A stretch of 54,667 nt of DNA from a virus. Its lineage: Duplodnaviria > Caudoviricetes. The notes beneath the pieces are model-generated. The model did not search any database, was not told where the DNA came from, and saw only the letters and a program-made list of their open reading frames with translations. Shown here piece after piece: positions 1 through 9,546 of the stretch (positions are counted from its first letter, which is position 1; each line of letters starts with the position of its first letter). The position numbers and the translations under genes are program-made. The DNA is taken from positions 1 to 54,667 of IMG/VR virus record IMGVR_UViG_3300042484_001283; one strand, written 5' to 3'.

Positions 1-237
1 GCATCAGAACTCGCTCGTCAGTTGGCAGAGAACCTGCTGGACCTCTCAGAGAACAACTACTCCTATGTCGCGGGATACCTCGAGACAGTGCTGGCAGCAG
101 TTGCCAAGGACGGGATCGACGAACTGGTCGGTGCAGTTGATTATACTAACCAGCGAATCGAGGTTCGTGAGTACAACAAGCGTGCTGATGCTCGGCGTCA
201 GGCGCTGGTTGATGAAGAATTCGGTGTTACTGCATAG
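1..237 (+). CDS. Hypothetical early protein, 5'-truncated by the window edge
   Basis: Frame 1 is open from base 1 (ASELARQLAENLL...) to TAG at 235-237 and is followed by a terminator. Confidence 0.7.
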   Translation, partial: ASELARQLAENLLDLSENNYSYVAGYLETVLAAVAKDGIDELVGAVDYTNQRIEVREYNKRADARRQALVDEEFGVTA

Positions 238-272
238 GGAGTTTTCCTTCCTTTATCTCTCTATGTAAACTA

Positions 273-310
273 GTCCCTCTGGCAGCGATGTCGGAGGGAC
301 ATTTTTATTT
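273..310 (+). terminator. Rho-independent terminator
   Basis: Stem GTCCCTCTGGCA / TGTCGGAGGGAC followed by ATTTTTATTT. Confidence 0.8.
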
Positions 311-330
311 GGAAAAGAACGAGAAAAGGC

Positions 331-359
331 TTGACAACATGCCACAACTCGGGTATAAT
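331..359 (+). promoter_or_regulatory. Sigma70-type early promoter
   Basis: TTGACA-N17-TATAAT. Confidence 0.85.
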
Positions 360-418
360 GACTATGTCGTCTATGAAAAATAATATTAAATTAATTCATG
401 AAAAGCGAATTTAGGGGC

Positions 419-447
419 TTGACTTTATGGTAGAAATAGGGTAGAAT
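419..447 (+). promoter_or_regulatory. Sigma70-type early promoter
   Basis: GGGGC-TTGACT-N17(...ATAGGG)-TAGAAT, same family as the promoters at 905 and 3182. Confidence 0.8.
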
Positions 448-475
448 GAAATATAATATGAAAAGGAACTTGATT

Positions 476-700
476 ATGTTTACCGTTGAAAAAATGAATG
501 GCGTCTACCTCGTGATGAAGAATGGCAGCGAATTGGTCAATGCCCATCGCCTGAAGCGTGATGCTGCTGCCGAAGCGTTCTATCTGGGTCAAACCACCAT
601 GAAGACCGTTACGTCGCTGATGTCTGGCAAGGAAATCCAGATCCCCGTCCATACGCCTCGCTCGTGTGATCCCTCCTCCGAACTCTACTGGAGCATGTAA
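476..700 (+). CDS. Hypothetical early protein
   Basis: AAGGAA SD before ATG 476; C-terminus PRSCDPSSELYWSM. Confidence 0.75.
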   Translation: MFTVEKMNGVYLVMKNGSELVNAHRLKRDAAAEAFYLGQTTMKTVTSLMSGKEIQIPVHTPRSCDPSSELYWSM

Positions 701-701
701 T

Positions 702-908
702 ATGAATGAACAACGAATCCTTGATGGCCTTGCCACCGCACCTGATGCCTTCGACTACATCTATGAGTGTATCTCTGGAAACCATGGTGAAGAACTCCAG
801 CAATATGCCGCTGACCTCTACCAAGACGTCTCCATTGACACTGGTCTCCACCCTGATGATGATTTCGAGGGTATAATTAATATCATCCTTGATGATTTAG
901 GGGCTTGA
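702..908 (+). CDS. Hypothetical acidic early protein
   Basis: GGAG SD and ATG directly after the previous stop; LHPDDDFE motif. Confidence 0.75.
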   Translation: MNEQRILDGLATAPDAFDYIYECISGNHGEELQQYAADLYQDVSIDTGLHPDDDFEGIINIILDDLGA

Positions 909-933
909 CATTATACCGAAAATAGGGTATAGT
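905..933 (+). promoter_or_regulatory. Sigma70-type early promoter
   Basis: GGGGC-TTGACA-N17(...ATAGGG)-TATAGT. Confidence 0.85.
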
Positions 934-963
934 GGAACTATGATGATGAAGAAGGAACTTGAT

Positions 964-1293
964 ATGGTTGATGTTCAGAGTGTGGTTGCTGAGTCGCGTG
1001 TTGTTGCTCGTGAGGCAGCGGAGAAGTTCTTTCAGGAGCGTCTCGGTGGTGTAGACCAGTATGCATGTGGGTTCGCATGGGTGACGGTGTATGAGAAGGG
1101 TTCAACCAAGTTGGGTCGGGCACTGATCGCTGCTGGGTTCAGTAAGTCCTACACTGGTGGTCTTCAGATGTGGAACCCCAGCGGCATGCGTTGTCAGAAT
1201 GTGGACACTCTTGAAGAAGGTGCCATCGCTGCTGCCCGTCTGCTCACTGAGAAGTTGGGTGTTAAGGCATATCATGGCTCGCGTTTAGATTAA
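964..1293 (+). CDS. Hypothetical early protein (CGFAWV motif)
   Basis: AAGGAA SD before ATG 964; CGFAWV...SRLD pattern recalled from small phage proteins. Confidence 0.8.
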   Translation: MVDVQSVVAESRVVAREAAEKFFQERLGGVDQYACGFAWVTVYEKGSTKLGRALIAAGFSKSYTGGLQMWNPSGMRCQNVDTLEEGAIAAARLLTEKLGVKAYHGSRLD

Positions 1294-1306
1294 AGGAAAA
1301 TATATT

Positions 1307-1549
1307 ATGAATACCGAATATTTCTCTGTTGGATGTGAACAGGACTATATCAAGGGTCGGTCGACCAACGCACTGCTCCCGTTGAATACTCCTGAGAACA
1401 CACGTGATGTCCCCTGTGAGGGTTGTGTCAACATTGACCGTTGCGCTGCTCGAGCAACCGAGTGCGTTGCATTCCGTCAGTGGACCGCGATGGGTGACTA
1501 TATGGATAAGGATGTGATGCGTCTCCTTCGCGTCCCTCGTGGTGTCTGA
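1307..1549 (+). CDS. Small Cys-rich protein, possibly metal or Fe-S binding
   Basis: AAGGA SD; CEGC-x5-C-x6-C. Confidence 0.7.
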   Translation: MNTEYFSVGCEQDYIKGRSTNALLPLNTPENTRDVPCEGCVNIDRCAARATECVAFRQWTAMGDYMDKDVMRLLRVPRGV

Positions 1550-1731
1550 GTTGCTGTGAGGTGAAAGTGAGCTATGGAAAGTTGGACGAGGTACCCTATG
1601 GGGCCAAGGGGTTAAGCGTCGACTTGCTTTCACTTCGTCTTAACTTTCTTCACTGCACACCGCCACACGCACCTATATAATGCGTCGCTAAATTTTTTTG
1701 CGGCCAAAAATAGGAGTCAAAAAGGTTCAAC

Positions 1732-2391
1732 ATGTTTATTCGACGTAATGATAAATACGCTATCATGGCAGTAACTCGTTGTGGTCATACCAACATGTAT
1801 TATTACCATGGTCTATCACCATATGTAAATGATGAAACTGTTGGTTTACCAGACTGGAGAGAGCATCATAATCCTATCGTGGTTCTTCGGAATCCACTGG
1901 ACCGTGTGAAGTCTGCGACTTTCCTTGCTATAGGTAAATTTATCCAGGATACATCTCAATACCTTTACGAAACTGAGAATGATGGTGAACCAAGGACATT
2001 TTTCCACGTTCAAAATTTACAGCGACATTATCTAAAGGATGCACTCAGATCGCTGTGTGAACACTCTCTACCATATATGAATAATGATTTGGTGGGAGTC
2101 AATTTTCGTGTTATAGATTTCTACGATCTTGATCAGTATATTCCCAGGAGAAATGACAAACTTCAGTCTTATCGCGTAAATGCTAAAGTTGAGGAGAAAG
2201 TCACGGCAGAGGATGTGTATGTGAAGAATGATGAATATTCTTTGGAAGAGTTGCAGCATGAGGTTAAACTCTACGAGAAATATATGATTTCCCAAGAAAG
2301 AGTGACACCTGAAGAATGGAAAGAAATAACAAAAGGAAGATTTAATGACATGAGTTTGGAACCTGATTATCCTTTGGGAAAGAAAATCTAA
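1732..2391 (+). CDS. Sulfotransferase-family-like protein (degenerate)
   Basis: N-terminal TRCGHT resembles the 5'-PSB loop; VLRNPLDRVKS resembles the 3'-PB motif. Confidence 0.5.
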   Translation: MFIRRNDKYAIMAVTRCGHTNMYYYHGLSPYVNDETVGLPDWREHHNPIVVLRNPLDRVKSATFLAIGKFIQDTSQYLYETENDGEPRTFFHVQNLQRHYLKDALRSLCEHSLPYMNNDLVGVNFRVIDFYDLDQYIPRRNDKLQSYRVNAKVEEKVTAEDVYVKNDEYSLEELQHEVKLYEKYMISQERVTPEEWKEITKGRFNDMSLEPDYPLGKKI

Positions 2392-2395
2392 AATC

Positions 2396-3163
2396 ATGAG
2401 TTATGGGCAGAGTTGGTATAGTGTAAATCATTTTTCTGGTAAGACAGTAAATTGGTGTCCCAGTGACACCGAGAAGCGTTTTAACGAGAACATGGCAGAT
2501 CCCAAGCAGCGAGCATTGTTAGAGAAGCACGGATGGACACGAGATAATATTACGTATACCTTTAACAAGGATGGGTTTCGCTCCGAGGAGTTTACTAATG
2601 GCGTAAATGACTCCGTGCTGTTCCTTGGTTGCTCCTTTACTGTCGGGATTGGGTTGGACCTTGAAAGCACGTGGGCATATCAGATAGCGAGCAGCCTTGG
2701 ACTTCGTCGATATAACCTTGGTGTAGGAGGCGGTGGACCCGATATGTGTTTCCGTTTGGCGCACCACTGGATCCCCAGACTTCGTCCAAAATATGTAATG
2801 ATGCTGACTCCCTACAGTGGGCGGATGGAGATATTGATAGACCGTGGAATTATTCAATTACTGCCGAACTCCTTGGAGCATCTTGAAGAACATAATATTA
2901 AGGAAAAAGTTGAACCGTTTTATAATGCTTGGTTGTCACACCCTGCTAATACCGACATGAACCTATTGAAGTGTTCCTTGGGTGTAAAGTCTATCTGTGA
3001 CAGTGTCGGTACCCAACTTATAGAGCAACCTCTGGATAACTTAGAGTTAACAACTCTTATGACTGATCAAGGATGGACAGGAACAGTGGGTCGAGATCTA
3101 ATGCATCCAGGTAAAGATTGGCACAAAGCAGTTACCACGAAATTCTTAGATGAAGTATTTTAA
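2396..3163 (+). CDS. SGNH/GDSL-like protein
   Basis: FLGCSFTVG, NLGVGG and C-terminal RDLMHPG (DxxH) motifs. Confidence 0.65.
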   Translation: MSYGQSWYSVNHFSGKTVNWCPSDTEKRFNENMADPKQRALLEKHGWTRDNITYTFNKDGFRSEEFTNGVNDSVLFLGCSFTVGIGLDLESTWAYQIASSLGLRRYNLGVGGGGPDMCFRLAHHWIPRLRPKYVMMLTPYSGRMEILIDRGIIQLLPNSLEHLEEHNIKEKVEPFYNAWLSHPANTDMNLLKCSLGVKSICDSVGTQLIEQPLDNLELTTLMTDQGWTGTVGRDLMHPGKDWHKAVTTKFLDEVF

Positions 3164-3181
3164 AAAAAGTGAAATGAGGGC

Positions 3182-3210
3182 TTGACTTTTGCTGCATTAT
3201 AGGGTATAGT
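3182..3210 (+). promoter_or_regulatory. Sigma70-type early promoter
   Basis: GGGC-TTGACT-N17(...ATAGGG)-TATAGT. Confidence 0.85.
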
Positions 3211-3236
3211 GATCTATAATGATGAAGGATGTGAAT

Positions 3237-3704
3237 ATGAAAATTGTGATCACGGGAATGGCGGGTAAGCGGAAGCAGATGGAGGAACTCGATCGAGCAG
3301 CACGGTTCTTCGCTCGTCAGTTGATGGATCCTCGTATGGTTCGCAATCTAGAAATCGACCTTGAAGTCTGGAAGGGTCTGGATGTCGAGGGTGAGTGCGT
3401 CGATGAAGATGGCACCAAGAATCCACGATATTTCACCATCGGTCTAAAACGTCAGAGCATGGAAGAGATGATCAAGACCCTTGGTCACGAGATGGTCCAC
3501 GTCAAGCAGCACGCGAAGAACGAGTTGCAGGGTGGTGTGATGATTGCCGCTCGTGGCAAGATGAAAATGACCAGTCGCTGGATGGGTAAGGTTTGGAAAC
3601 CCAATGGCAAGGAAGACCATTACTTCGATTCCCCTTGGGAAATTGAGGCATTCGGTCGTGAGGTAGGTCTCTATCAAAAGTGGTTGGCATCAGAGGCAGC
3701 ATAA
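3237..3704 (+). CDS. Zincin-like metallopeptidase
   Basis: HEMVH (HExxH) and PWEIEA; AAGGA SD. Confidence 0.75.
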   Translation: MKIVITGMAGKRKQMEELDRAARFFARQLMDPRMVRNLEIDLEVWKGLDVEGECVDEDGTKNPRYFTIGLKRQSMEEMIKTLGHEMVHVKQHAKNELQGGVMIAARGKMKMTSRWMGKVWKPNGKEDHYFDSPWEIEAFGREVGLYQKWLASEAA

Positions 3705-3709
3705 TACCC

Positions 3710-5065
3710 GTGATTAATCGACATATAATTAATCCTGATATAAACTACGATGGAGCGAATAGAGATGATCTATTTCGTCTCATCAACCGTTGGAAACGGT
3801 TGCTTATAAGCAAGCAAATTAGTCGTGGTGATGTAATGGCTCTTGGTATTTTTGATGTATCACTGAACCATGTGGCATGTTTATTTGCAGCCGCCGAACT
3901 GAGTCTGAAAATTTTTATCATCACCAAACCCCTCGCAAAAGAAACAATACATGCAACAAAAATGGGAATCCATGGGCCAGTTGATATAACTATATCCCAG
4001 AGAATAGAGACGGATAATTTGCATATTGAAATGTTCGAGCGATATAGCAAGCAGATTTGTTATGAGGATGAGATTGACCAGATAACAGATGACACAGATG
4101 TAAGTATATCTGTGTCATCTAATGATCCACTTATATTTGCGTCGACTAGCGGTACCACAGGTACATCTAAACCCATCTTATTCACTCATGATGAAGTATA
4201 CAAGATTTCTCAGAGAAATATATCTGTCTTTGGTTATACGAAAGAAAGCGTGGTGCAACAAACAGTAAACATGCACCATGTCTCTGCTATGTTGACTTAT
4301 CTGTTTCCAACTCTAATGACATGCGATACACACTATGTTGGTGGTATTGCTTTTACACCACAGTATATTCAAAAGAAAATTTGGTATCCAATACAATTTG
4401 TCGAAACTTGCCTGACTGATAGAAAAGTAGATAATATAATATGTGCTAATAGTTTTATGTTATCCGCGATTCAATGGGGCATGACAGAAGCAAATAGATT
4501 GCCTGAGCATAGAATTACAATCAATATGTCTGGATTTCCAGCAGGTCCTGAAATATACAATATGGCTAAAGAATATCCAATAGATTTCATATCACATTAT
4601 GGTTCTATAGATACTGGTATTCCACTGCTGGTAAATAAGATTACACACGATTCAGTATACGAACCAGGATATATAGGTAAACTAGTAGACGATTTCTATA
4701 AAATAGTAGGTAATATGGTTTATTCTGATCTTTGGTCCGAACCAAGACCAGTACCAGATACTCTATTAGTTGAAGAAGATCGTTTTTATTATAGTGGTAG
4801 AAAAGAAGAACACCCATTATATACGGGTGAATTTAAACAGACGATGCTAGAACAACTCGGTGACCATGATTTCGTTGTTGCCAACACCGGAAAACAGTTT
4901 ATAGTTATATGGAACAAACAAGATCGATACGATATAGAAAATGGTAAAACCTCTATCGATAAAGTTATCACATTTGTATACCTGAATAAAGAAGACTTTA
5001 TGGTGGATACCAAAGTCAGCATGGAACAACTACGGGCGTATTTGGAGTATCACTATGCACCTTAG
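3710..5065 (+). CDS. AMP-binding (ANL superfamily) adenylating enzyme
   Basis: P-loop ASTSGTTGTSKP, HYGSIDTG (YGxTE-like) and YSGR; GTG start at 3710 is inferred. Confidence 0.7.
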   Translation: MINRHIINPDINYDGANRDDLFRLINRWKRLLISKQISRGDVMALGIFDVSLNHVACLFAAAELSLKIFIITKPLAKETIHATKMGIHGPVDITISQRIETDNLHIEMFERYSKQICYEDEIDQITDDTDVSISVSSNDPLIFASTSGTTGTSKPILFTHDEVYKISQRNISVFGYTKESVVQQTVNMHHVSAMLTYLFPTLMTCDTHYVGGIAFTPQYIQKKIWYPIQFVETCLTDRKVDNIICANSFMLSAIQWGMTEANRLPEHRITINMSGFPAGPEIYNMAKEYPIDFISHYGSIDTGIPLLVNKITHDSVYEPGYIGKLVDDFYKIVGNMVYSDLWSEPRPVPDTLLVEEDRFYYSGRKEEHPLYTGEFKQTMLEQLGDHDFVVANTGKQFIVIWNKQDRYDIENGKTSIDKVITFVYLNKEDFMVDTKVSMEQLRAYLEYHYAP

Positions 5066-5104
5066 AATAGATAATCATCACAAGTGATGAGCAGCAAAAA
5101 ACAC

Positions 5105-5133
5105 TTGACAAATCATTCATATTATAGTATAAT
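5105..5133 (+). promoter_or_regulatory. Sigma70-type promoter of the TET operon
   Basis: Perfect TTGACA-N17-TATAAT. Confidence 0.85.
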
Positions 5134-5185
5134 GGTAGTATATAAAGTTGTTTAAATATAAGGTAAGAAAAACTTTGGAGATATT

Positions 5186-6526
5186 ATGGTAAAGATTATT
5201 GTCGCGGAGTCAAAACTAGATTGCGAGCATCTGCTCGGTCAGTATCTAGACGAGAGTCATTTCGACGTTGTGATCAATGAAGATACAGACTGCTATAAAG
5301 AGTCTGATTCTCTGTTAGACACAGAGTTAAATGAACGTAGGATTGCGTTTAAGTTTCGTAAGAACTTCTTCTCATTGGAAGAACAAGAGTCAGCATATGT
5401 GGGGTTGCGCGAAGCAGCAACAGAATCGCAGAATCGTGGACAGGCAGCAGGTCCTCGTGGCGAGATGCTTGGTGTAGAGGGTCGCGGTGGTCGTGACTGG
5501 GTAACTGACTACGAACTTGAAATTCTAGATTTCCTGATGACGGACAGGGGTAGACTGATTGACGAACTTAGCATTGAAGTAATTCGTGCTAAGCATGCAG
5601 GTGCACCACGATCAAGTGCCGAGGAAACACGAGGTGCTGTCTGGTTACGCAGTCAGGTCTGTAAGAAATATCCCGAATACTTCGGATGGTTCGACAAGTG
5701 GGTCGATAGTCTAGACGGTAAGTCAGAGGAAGAAATCGTAGATGCAGCAAGAACTATTGCAGAGAACTGGATCTCGACTACGAACTATGCGAAGTCGGTT
5801 TTCTCAGGTGTTGCTGGATGGTATGACCGTTATCCTAGGATTCCTTTTGGTCGTGCTACTACCTATACTCGCGATAACTTTGATAAGTTTAAGTTGTCCT
5901 TTCCTTTTCTACAGTCTCTGGACCGTGGTTTCAAAGAACTACTTCCCTCGCGTTGGAAGAACCAAAAGGAGGCAGCAGAAAAAATCGACTCTAAGTTCGT
6001 GGTTCCCGACACCGTATTCACCACCATCACTGTCAACAAATCTTTCCGAACAGCAGCGCATCGCGACGCTGGTGATTTTGCTGATGGTATCAGCAATCTT
6101 TTGGTCGTTGGTAGTGGTGACTATACTGGCGGTTATCTAATATTCCCTGAGTATCGTATCGCAGTGAATGTTCGTCCAGGTGATCTGTTGCTCGTAAGCA
6201 ATCACGAGATTATCCATGGTAACACTGAGATTAAACTGACTCGTCCAGATGCTGAACGTATTTCTTTGGTTTGTTATCTTCGTGAGAACATGCTAGATCT
6301 GGGTTCATATGAATATGAAACAACTCGTGAGAAATATGTTATTGACCGCAGAATGAACAAAGAACATCATTACTATCGTCCACTCTGGAATGGTGTATCT
6401 CCAGGAATGTGGGACGAGAAAGAATGGTATGACTATCTAGAAACTAAACTCGGTCGAGAAACAGTTTCTAAATATCATCCGAAAGCATGCACAGAAAGTT
6501 CATCGCTGGAAGAATTGTTCGGATGA
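5186..6526 (+). CDS. TET/JBP-family 2-oxoglutarate/Fe(II) dioxygenase
   Basis: TAAHRDAGD (HxD), IIHGNT (distal His) and RISLVCYLRE (2OG-binding RxS, TET/JBP-type C-terminus); GGAG SD. Confidence 0.85.
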   Translation: MVKIIVAESKLDCEHLLGQYLDESHFDVVINEDTDCYKESDSLLDTELNERRIAFKFRKNFFSLEEQESAYVGLREAATESQNRGQAAGPRGEMLGVEGRGGRDWVTDYELEILDFLMTDRGRLIDELSIEVIRAKHAGAPRSSAEETRGAVWLRSQVCKKYPEYFGWFDKWVDSLDGKSEEEIVDAARTIAENWISTTNYAKSVFSGVAGWYDRYPRIPFGRATTYTRDNFDKFKLSFPFLQSLDRGFKELLPSRWKNQKEAAEKIDSKFVVPDTVFTTITVNKSFRTAAHRDAGDFADGISNLLVVGSGDYTGGYLIFPEYRIAVNVRPGDLLLVSNHEIIHGNTEIKLTRPDAERISLVCYLRENMLDLGSYEYETTREKYVIDRRMNKEHHYYRPLWNGVSPGMWDEKEWYDYLETKLGRETVSKYHPKACTESSSLEELFG

Positions 6527-7419
6527 AGGTTCTAGTTACTGGAGCAACAGGATATATTGGGTCGCACGTTGTTCGTATTTTGAAAGACCGTGGATATGTC
6601 GTTCACGGTCTAGATGCACATAATGTTCATGACGAACTTAATGCAGATATTATGGATGTGTGTGACAAGTTCTTTGAAATTGATGTTTTAGATACTACAT
6701 CGCTTACTGCCCAAGTTACCGACAAGTACGAGGCAGTAGTCCATCTCGCAGGTCTGTCTACTGTTGAAAGGTCTATGAAGATTCCATATGAGTATTTCAA
6801 TGTCAATGTCACTGGGACTAAAAACATTCTTGACTTTATTGACGCTAAACATATAATCTTTGCTGGATCTAGTTCTTCTTTTGAGAATGCTTCTCCGTAT
6901 GCAGTTTCCAAGACTGCTGCCGAACAAGTCATTCGTGCGCAGGAAAAGATGGGGTGGACAATCTTCCGTTTCTTTAATGTCTCAGGATCTGATGGTATTC
7001 ATCGACAACTTGGTTCTGCTACACATTTGATTCGAGTTATTGCCGAAGTGGCAACTGCGAAGCGTAAACAACTACAAGTGTACGGTAATGACTATGATAC
7101 GAGAGACGGGACGTGTATTCGTGATTACATTCACGTCGTTGATCTTGCCGAAGCAATTGTTACTGCTGCCGAGCAAGGTCCACTAAATACTGAATACGAA
7201 GAACTTGGTTCTTGCCAAGGTTGGACAGTCCTTGAAGTAATCAAATCTTTCGAGGAAGCAACATCAACCAAGATTGAATACGATATTGCCGATCGTCGTC
7301 CAGGAGATGCGGTCGCATGTAAGGTTCAGGTTCCTTCTGAACGTCTTACTCTCAAAAGAACAATTCACGATATGTGCTTAGATCAATATACACTGGAACG
7401 TGGTAAAAACAGGTGGTAA
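6523..7419 (+). CDS. galE: UDP-glucose 4-epimerase-like extended SDR
   Basis: VLVTGATGYIGSH, HLAG, YAVSK (YxxxK), RFFNV, DGTCIRDYIHVVDLA, RRPGD; ATGA overlap with the TET gene. Confidence 0.85.
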   Translation: MKVLVTGATGYIGSHVVRILKDRGYVVHGLDAHNVHDELNADIMDVCDKFFEIDVLDTTSLTAQVTDKYEAVVHLAGLSTVERSMKIPYEYFNVNVTGTKNILDFIDAKHIIFAGSSSSFENASPYAVSKTAAEQVIRAQEKMGWTIFRFFNVSGSDGIHRQLGSATHLIRVIAEVATAKRKQLQVYGNDYDTRDGTCIRDYIHVVDLAEAIVTAAEQGPLNTEYEELGSCQGWTVLEVIKSFEEATSTKIEYDIADRRPGDAVACKVQVPSERLTLKRTIHDMCLDQYTLERGKNRW

Positions 7420-7425
7420 TATAAT

Positions 7426-8451
7426 ATGAAGAAAATACTAGTTACAGGATTCACGCGAGCAGCGTGTACGGAAAACTTTCATCAGAAATCTCAAATTAAT
7501 CTTTGCACTGCACACTACAGTTTCGTAGAATGTCTACGGGATATGGGGTGGCAGGTTGATCAGCGTCCTGTAACAGCAGGTGAAGATTTATCTGGGTATG
7601 ATAAAGTTGTTGTGTTTATTATGCATATCTCTCCATTCAATAGTTACATGTATGGTGCGCTATGGGCAATCAGTCAAAGACCTGATGCATATCTGGCGAT
7701 TGAAGATTGGCAGTCTCCCAAGAACATTAATACGTGGGGACGAGATATTGATAAGATTGTAGATTCAGTAACCAATGATTATTACATTAACAACGTGGTA
7801 GCAGAAAAAGAACTTCGTCCTGAATGGAAGTCTGCGTTTAAGGATGCCTTCTCTATCATTGCTGCTGGTGATAGACCAATTACGTTACCTGCGCATCTTG
7901 GTGGTGACTATAAGATGCTCTTTCCAAATTGGAAGGAAGATAAGGTGCATTCTTGGTTTGCTCCCGCATATACTCTTCATCGTCACCCAAATGTTTTGTT
8001 CCCCGAACCGAAGCAGCGCATTTTCAATTTTGCTGGTCTTATCCAAAGTGAAACTGAAAATTGGTTTAACAAGGTAACTAAGGATGCTACGTGGCAGATT
8101 ATGCAGTATGGTTCTAAGAGTAAGAAACAGACTCGTCTTACTGAAGAAGAAATGGTTACTGTATTCAACGTACAATGGGGCATTCTGATGGCGGGATACT
8201 GGCATGCTGGATCTGGTTGGTGGCGAGCACGACCGCAGCAGGTCGCTGATATTGGATCTATTCTTATCTGTGAAGATAAAGAGGGAGCAGTATTCGGCGA
8301 ACCTTATGTTGGTCTGACTTGTGCAAAACTTGAAGGTATGACTGAAGAGCATCTTGAACGTCTTGCTGCCGATCAGAAGGAAGCGTATTATACCTCGCAA
8401 CCAATGGACAAGAGTATAACACGTCGCCAAATTGAGGAATACTTGGCATGA
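7426..8451 (+). CDS. Putative GT-B glycosyltransferase (candidate DNA glycosyltransferase)
   Basis: 341 aa with two Rossmann-like halves; C-terminal YWHAGSGWWRARPQQVADIGSIL resembles a GT-B donor-binding segment; lies between galE and glf. Confidence 0.55.
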   Translation: MKKILVTGFTRAACTENFHQKSQINLCTAHYSFVECLRDMGWQVDQRPVTAGEDLSGYDKVVVFIMHISPFNSYMYGALWAISQRPDAYLAIEDWQSPKNINTWGRDIDKIVDSVTNDYYINNVVAEKELRPEWKSAFKDAFSIIAAGDRPITLPAHLGGDYKMLFPNWKEDKVHSWFAPAYTLHRHPNVLFPEPKQRIFNFAGLIQSETENWFNKVTKDATWQIMQYGSKSKKQTRLTEEEMVTVFNVQWGILMAGYWHAGSGWWRARPQQVADIGSILICEDKEGAVFGEPYVGLTCAKLEGMTEEHLERLAADQKEAYYTSQPMDKSITRRQIEEYLA

Positions 8452-9452
8452 AGTTTTTAGTAGTTGGCGCAGGGTTCGCGGGTGGAGTATACGCTCGCGA
8501 ACTTGCCGAGGCAGGCCATACAGTTGATGTCATTGACTCTCGCGATCACATAGCAGGTAATGCATACGATTATGTGAATGAATATGGCATCCGAGTCCAT
8601 GAGTATGGACCACATATTTTTCATACTTCGAACATGACAGTAGTTGATTGGTTAAGTAAATTTACCGATTGGGTAGAGCATCAGCATAAAGTTCTTGCTA
8701 AACACACTGATAGTAACTTCTATATTCTTCCTCCGAACCGAGATACAGTTGCGCGTATCGGCAAAGAAAATATTATTGACGTATTCTTTCGACCATACAC
8801 AAAGAAGATGTGGGAAAAGGAAATCGAAGAACTCAATCCCAAGATTCTCGAACGTGTTCCCATTCGCGACGACGATAATGAGTTGTATTTCCCAAATGAT
8901 GATTTTCAGAAAATGCCAGTAGATGGATATACTGCATTATTCGATCGTATTTTTGACCATGAAAACATTAATGTGAAACTTGTTTGCTTATTTGATAAGT
9001 CGATGGAGAATGAATATGATCATGTCTTCAATAGTATGCCTATCGATCAGTATTATGATTATGAATTTGGTGAATTACCGTATCGCAGTATCAAGTTTGA
9101 AACCATTACACTGCCAGAGCGACAGATGTATAAAGCAGCAACTACAAACTTTACGACATATGATGGACCGACGCGAGTAACTGAGTGGAAAAACTTTCCT
9201 AACCATGGTGACAATCATCTTGCAACAACCTTGACTTATGAGTATCCTTGTGATTATAAAGATAACAACATGGAACGTTATTATCCAGTCAAGGATATCG
9301 AGGGTATCAATGCGAGTATCTATGAGAAGTATTTAACAAAGGAAAATTCTAAAGTATCATTCATTGGGCGTTGTGGTACGTATCAATATCTAGACATGCA
9401 TCAGGTTATTAATCAATCTCTCATTTCAGTGAAAAAATTTCTAGATAATTAA
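8448..9452 (+). CDS. glf: UDP-galactopyranose mutase
   Basis: VVGAGFAG FAD motif, HEYGPHIFHT, YTKKMW, RYYPV, GRCGTYQYLDM. Confidence 0.92.
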   Translation: MKFLVVGAGFAGGVYARELAEAGHTVDVIDSRDHIAGNAYDYVNEYGIRVHEYGPHIFHTSNMTVVDWLSKFTDWVEHQHKVLAKHTDSNFYILPPNRDTVARIGKENIIDVFFRPYTKKMWEKEIEELNPKILERVPIRDDDNELYFPNDDFQKMPVDGYTALFDRIFDHENINVKLVCLFDKSMENEYDHVFNSMPIDQYYDYEFGELPYRSIKFETITLPERQMYKAATTNFTTYDGPTRVTEWKNFPNHGDNHLATTLTYEYPCDYKDNNMERYYPVKDIEGINASIYEKYLTKENSKVSFIGRCGTYQYLDMHQVINQSLISVKKFLDN

Positions 9453-9546
9453 AAAATCTATTTACTTTTCCGTCAAATTATAGTATAAGAGTAATTGTAG
9501 TTGAGAACTACGACACTCTTAAATTAATCCTGAACGGAGAAATAAC

